From: a virus
Reading direction: 5' to 3' (one strand)
IMG/VR virus record: IMGVR_UViG_3300042894_002308
Coordinates: 32,001 to 96,000 of that record
Length of the DNA: 64,000 nucleotides
Made by a program: the position numbers and the translations under genes. Every line of letters starts with the position of its first letter. Position 1 is the first letter of the stretch. Shown piece after piece: positions 61,287-64,000 of this stretch. Below the pieces are notes generated by a model that saw only the letters and a program-made list of their open reading frames with translations, had not been told where the DNA came from and made no database searches.

Positions 61287-62789
61287 GTGGATATTGAAGT
61301 CGAATCTGTAGATGAAGTTCGTTACTACGTCAAAACAGAAAAAGGAATCAAGCAAGAATTACGAGATTATTTCTCGTTCATGGTACCTGGTGCCCAGTAC
61401 ATGCCTATGTTCAAACGGCGTATATGGGATGGAAAGATCCGGTTATATGATATCCTTACATCTACTCTTCCTCGTGGTTTAAAAACTTATCTTGATAAGT
61501 TTTGTAAAGACCGCCAATACACTTTAAATATTAAAGAGAGCAGGAATCCCCTATGCATAACGGAGGAGAAACTTCTGGACTTCTACGAGACACTAAAAGT
61601 TTCTGTAAAGAAACAGCGGGTCAAAATGCACCCCCACCAAAGCCAAGCAATTCTGCACGCTATCAACGCTCACCGGTGTGTAATAGTATCTCCGACAGGT
61701 TCTGGAAAAAGTTTAATAATCTACGTCTTGCTCCGCTATCTACTCTCCGTAATAAAATCAGACAGAAAGATTTTAGTTTTGGTTCCAACGGTGGGGCTGG
61801 TTACACAGATGGAAACAGACTTCTTTGATTATTCAAAGACAGATCCTTCTTGGCTATCAAGAAAATATATTCATAAAATTAGTGCTGGTTTAGATAAAGA
61901 TACTAATAAGCAGATAGTAGTCTCTACATGGCAATCAATATATAAGTTGCCAAAAGAATGGTTTGATCAATTTGATGCTATCTTTTTTGATGAGTGTCAT
62001 CAAGCCAAATCAGAATCAATCAATATGATTGGACAGAAGCTTACCAAGGCATGGTTTCGTATCGGTACTACGGGTACACTAGATCAAACAGAAGCACATC
62101 GACTCAGTATAGAAGGTATCCTAGGTCCAGCCATTCAATTTATTCAGACAAAGAGCCTAATGAACAAAGGGTTGCTTGCTACTCTTGCTGTTGACTGTAT
62201 TGTATTAAAATATACAGACCAAGAGAAACAGGATATGAAGAAGCAAAAATATCCTGATGAAATCAAGACTATAATAAGTAATAGTAGGAGGAATGAATTT
62301 GTCAAAGAACTCGCAATTCATACCAAAGGCAACACCCTCATCCTCTTCAACTATGTCGAAGGACACGGGAAACCTCTCCACTCTCTCATTGAGGCAGCAG
62401 GAACGGATAAGAAAGTATATCTTATTCACGGAAAAACAGAAGGTGAAGCAAGAGAATCAATTCGCCGTATCGTGGATACACAAACTAATGCCATATTGGT
62501 TGCGAGTTACGGTACTACTAGTACTGGCATTAACATTGTCAACATTGATAATATTATCCTTGCCTCTCCTACGAAATCTGTAATTCGTTTACTACAAAGT
62601 ATTGGCAGAGGTTTAAGGACATCTGCTAAAAAGAAAACTTTGAAAGTTTATGATATTGTTGATGATCTTTGTTACATGTCATACAAGAACCATGTTTATA
62701 GACATTTTGAAGAACGAATCAAAATTTATAAAAAAGAAAAATTTGATTACAGAATAATGTCTATGCCACTACCTAGCGATGATAAATAA
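61287..62789 (+). CDS. uvsW: SF2 DNA helicase
   Basis: Motifs WDGKIRL, SPTGSGKS, DECH and QSIGRGLR. Confidence 0.96.
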   Translation: MDIEVESVDEVRYYVKTEKGIKQELRDYFSFMVPGAQYMPMFKRRIWDGKIRLYDILTSTLPRGLKTYLDKFCKDRQYTLNIKESRNPLCITEEKLLDFYETLKVSVKKQRVKMHPHQSQAILHAINAHRCVIVSPTGSGKSLIIYVLLRYLLSVIKSDRKILVLVPTVGLVTQMETDFFDYSKTDPSWLSRKYIHKISAGLDKDTNKQIVVSTWQSIYKLPKEWFDQFDAIFFDECHQAKSESINMIGQKLTKAWFRIGTTGTLDQTEAHRLSIEGILGPAIQFIQTKSLMNKGLLATLAVDCIVLKYTDQEKQDMKKQKYPDEIKTIISNSRRNEFVKELAIHTKGNTLILFNYVEGHGKPLHSLIEAAGTDKKVYLIHGKTEGEARESIRRIVDTQTNAILVASYGTTSTGINIVNIDNIILASPTKSVIRLLQSIGRGLRTSAKKKTLKVYDIVDDLCYMSYKNHVYRHFEERIKIYKKEKFDYRIMSMPLPSDDK

Positions 62790-62804
62790 ATTAGGAGGGT
62801 TACT

Positions 62805-63473
62805 ATGTCTGACGAAGCACAAGAAACTCCCTGTGATGGTAATGTACGAGTAGTAAAGCTTATTAATGGCGAAGAACTATTAGGAATAGTTCAAGATGTT
62901 TGTACAAACCATATTTCAATGATACTTCCAGCAAAAGTTGAAACAGCATATTCAAAAGATGAAAATGGATTATTAATTGAATATGTTAAATTAACAAATT
63001 ATGCAGCAAGTGTAATAAATAGTGAAATTGTTTTAAATAAAAATGCAATCATGTTTATTGGTGATCCAATTCCAGATATGTTAATTATGTATCAAACATT
63101 TTCTGAAGCTATGAAAACAGATCCAGAATCAATTAGAACCAGTACACTGGGTGAAGGTGTATCTAACCCACAAGCTGGACTTATGATGCTAAATGAGCTT
63201 TTTAATAATGAAGATTTTGTAAATTTTGTAAATGACATGATTGATAGTTTTGAGGGGTCAGAGGTCATATTGGATGATGAATTAGAAGAAATAGAAGAAT
63301 CTGAGCAGCAGGAACCCTCTGTAGAGGATCTGTTGGTTGAGGAGGCTCCGAAGCCACCTAAGCCTGTAAAACGCCGTACAATGAATCCTGAAACTAAAAA
63401 ACTACCATTTAATCCAGATAGCAGCCCAAATTCGGCTGAAAGCTGGTCAGATAATCCAGAAGATTATATTTAA
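62805..63473 (+). CDS. Sm-like-domain protein with acidic C-terminus
   Basis: VRVVKLINGEELLG; position downstream of uvsW; AGGAGG SD. Confidence 0.6.
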   Translation: MSDEAQETPCDGNVRVVKLINGEELLGIVQDVCTNHISMILPAKVETAYSKDENGLLIEYVKLTNYAASVINSEIVLNKNAIMFIGDPIPDMLIMYQTFSEAMKTDPESIRTSTLGEGVSNPQAGLMMLNELFNNEDFVNFVNDMIDSFEGSEVILDDELEEIEESEQQEPSVEDLLVEEAPKPPKPVKRRTMNPETKKLPFNPDSSPNSAESWSDNPEDYI

Positions 63474-63994
63474 AGCATATTGTTTAAATTTTCTGGTACA
63501 TCTGGGCAGAAATCATAATAAGCAAATTTAAACTGACATGTTGCTTTTTGTATGATTGCATCCGAACTATCGGATTGAAAAACCAACCCACTCAGTTTAC
63601 TGGGAACAATATAATTAAATGTTACTTTTGTTACTGGGCAATTAGTAGAAGCACTGTAAATTATTAAATTTGCTTCATGATGCCAATCTTGGTAATCGGC
63701 ATTATAGTCAGTATCATTTTCTATGTTTGCTAAATTTCGCATCCAAGAATAAATACTTTGCCAATTTTCCAAATTTGAATCAACTATAAATTCTACATTT
63801 AAAGTTTCGTAGTTGAACTGCATTGTTGGAATAGGAATTGTTGTACCTAAAGTAGTTGGTTGATTTACTTCTGGAATTGTACAACCTGGTAAATTTGCTT
63901 TTTGGCAATTTAATTCAAATTGTTTAGTTCCTCTTCCAAAAAATAAATTAAAGTAACTATTGTATAGTGGATTTAAATTTGTTGTGCAGCTCAT
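63470..63994 (-). CDS. Tail tube terminator/sheath stabilizer (T4 gp3-like)
   Basis: CQKANLPG...YETLNVEFIVDSNLENWQSIYSWM. Confidence 0.85.
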   Translation of the reverse strand: MSCTTNLNPLYNSYFNLFFGRGTKQFELNCQKANLPGCTIPEVNQPTTLGTTIPIPTMQFNYETLNVEFIVDSNLENWQSIYSWMRNLANIENDTDYNADYQDWHHEANLIIYSASTNCPVTKVTFNYIVPSKLSGLVFQSDSSDAIIQKATCQFKFAYYDFCPDVPENLNNML

Positions 63995-64000
63995 AATATT

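Noticed and set aside
1-64000. Stop-codon recoding, inteins/introns, diversity-generating retroelement
   Set aside because: Conserved genes are full length in the standard code with ordinary sizes; no reverse transcriptase or TR/VR pair was seen.

Overview
A 64-kb segment of a large T4-like (gp55 sigma/gp45/gp44-62) dsDNA myophage, mostly encoded on the minus strand. Left to right: (1) 1-12.2 kb, large late-promoter-driven orphan proteins with gp21-type propeptide or capsid-targeting-like N-termini, small nucleases (PD-(D/E)xK, HNH, RuvC-like) and an unannotated 88-nt hairpin RNA ending in CCA. (2) tRNA-Asn, class II RNR, ThyX, primase, helicase, UvsX and DNA polymerase. (3) A roughly 24-kb block between gp43 and regA holding a putative lysis cassette, dUTPase, about 11 fibre/spike/collagen virion genes and a GT2-TPR glycosyltransferase. 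(4) regA, gp62, gp44, gp45, gp46, gp47 and gp55. (5) An AT-rich 8-kb island for GDP-colitose-type sugar synthesis with GT10 x2, GT11, GT25 and FkbM. (6) uvsY, uvsW, an Sm-like protein and gp3. The best candidate for a new system is phage-encoded virion protein glycosylation: an initiating GT2-TPR enzyme, a G-x-T(/S/C) motif spread through the fibre proteins, and a Lewis-antigen-like colitosyl/fucosyl transferase set. Also notable are widespread leaderless-mRNA promoter geometry and the candidate ncRNA. All calls come from motif recognition and synteny; no database searches were run.
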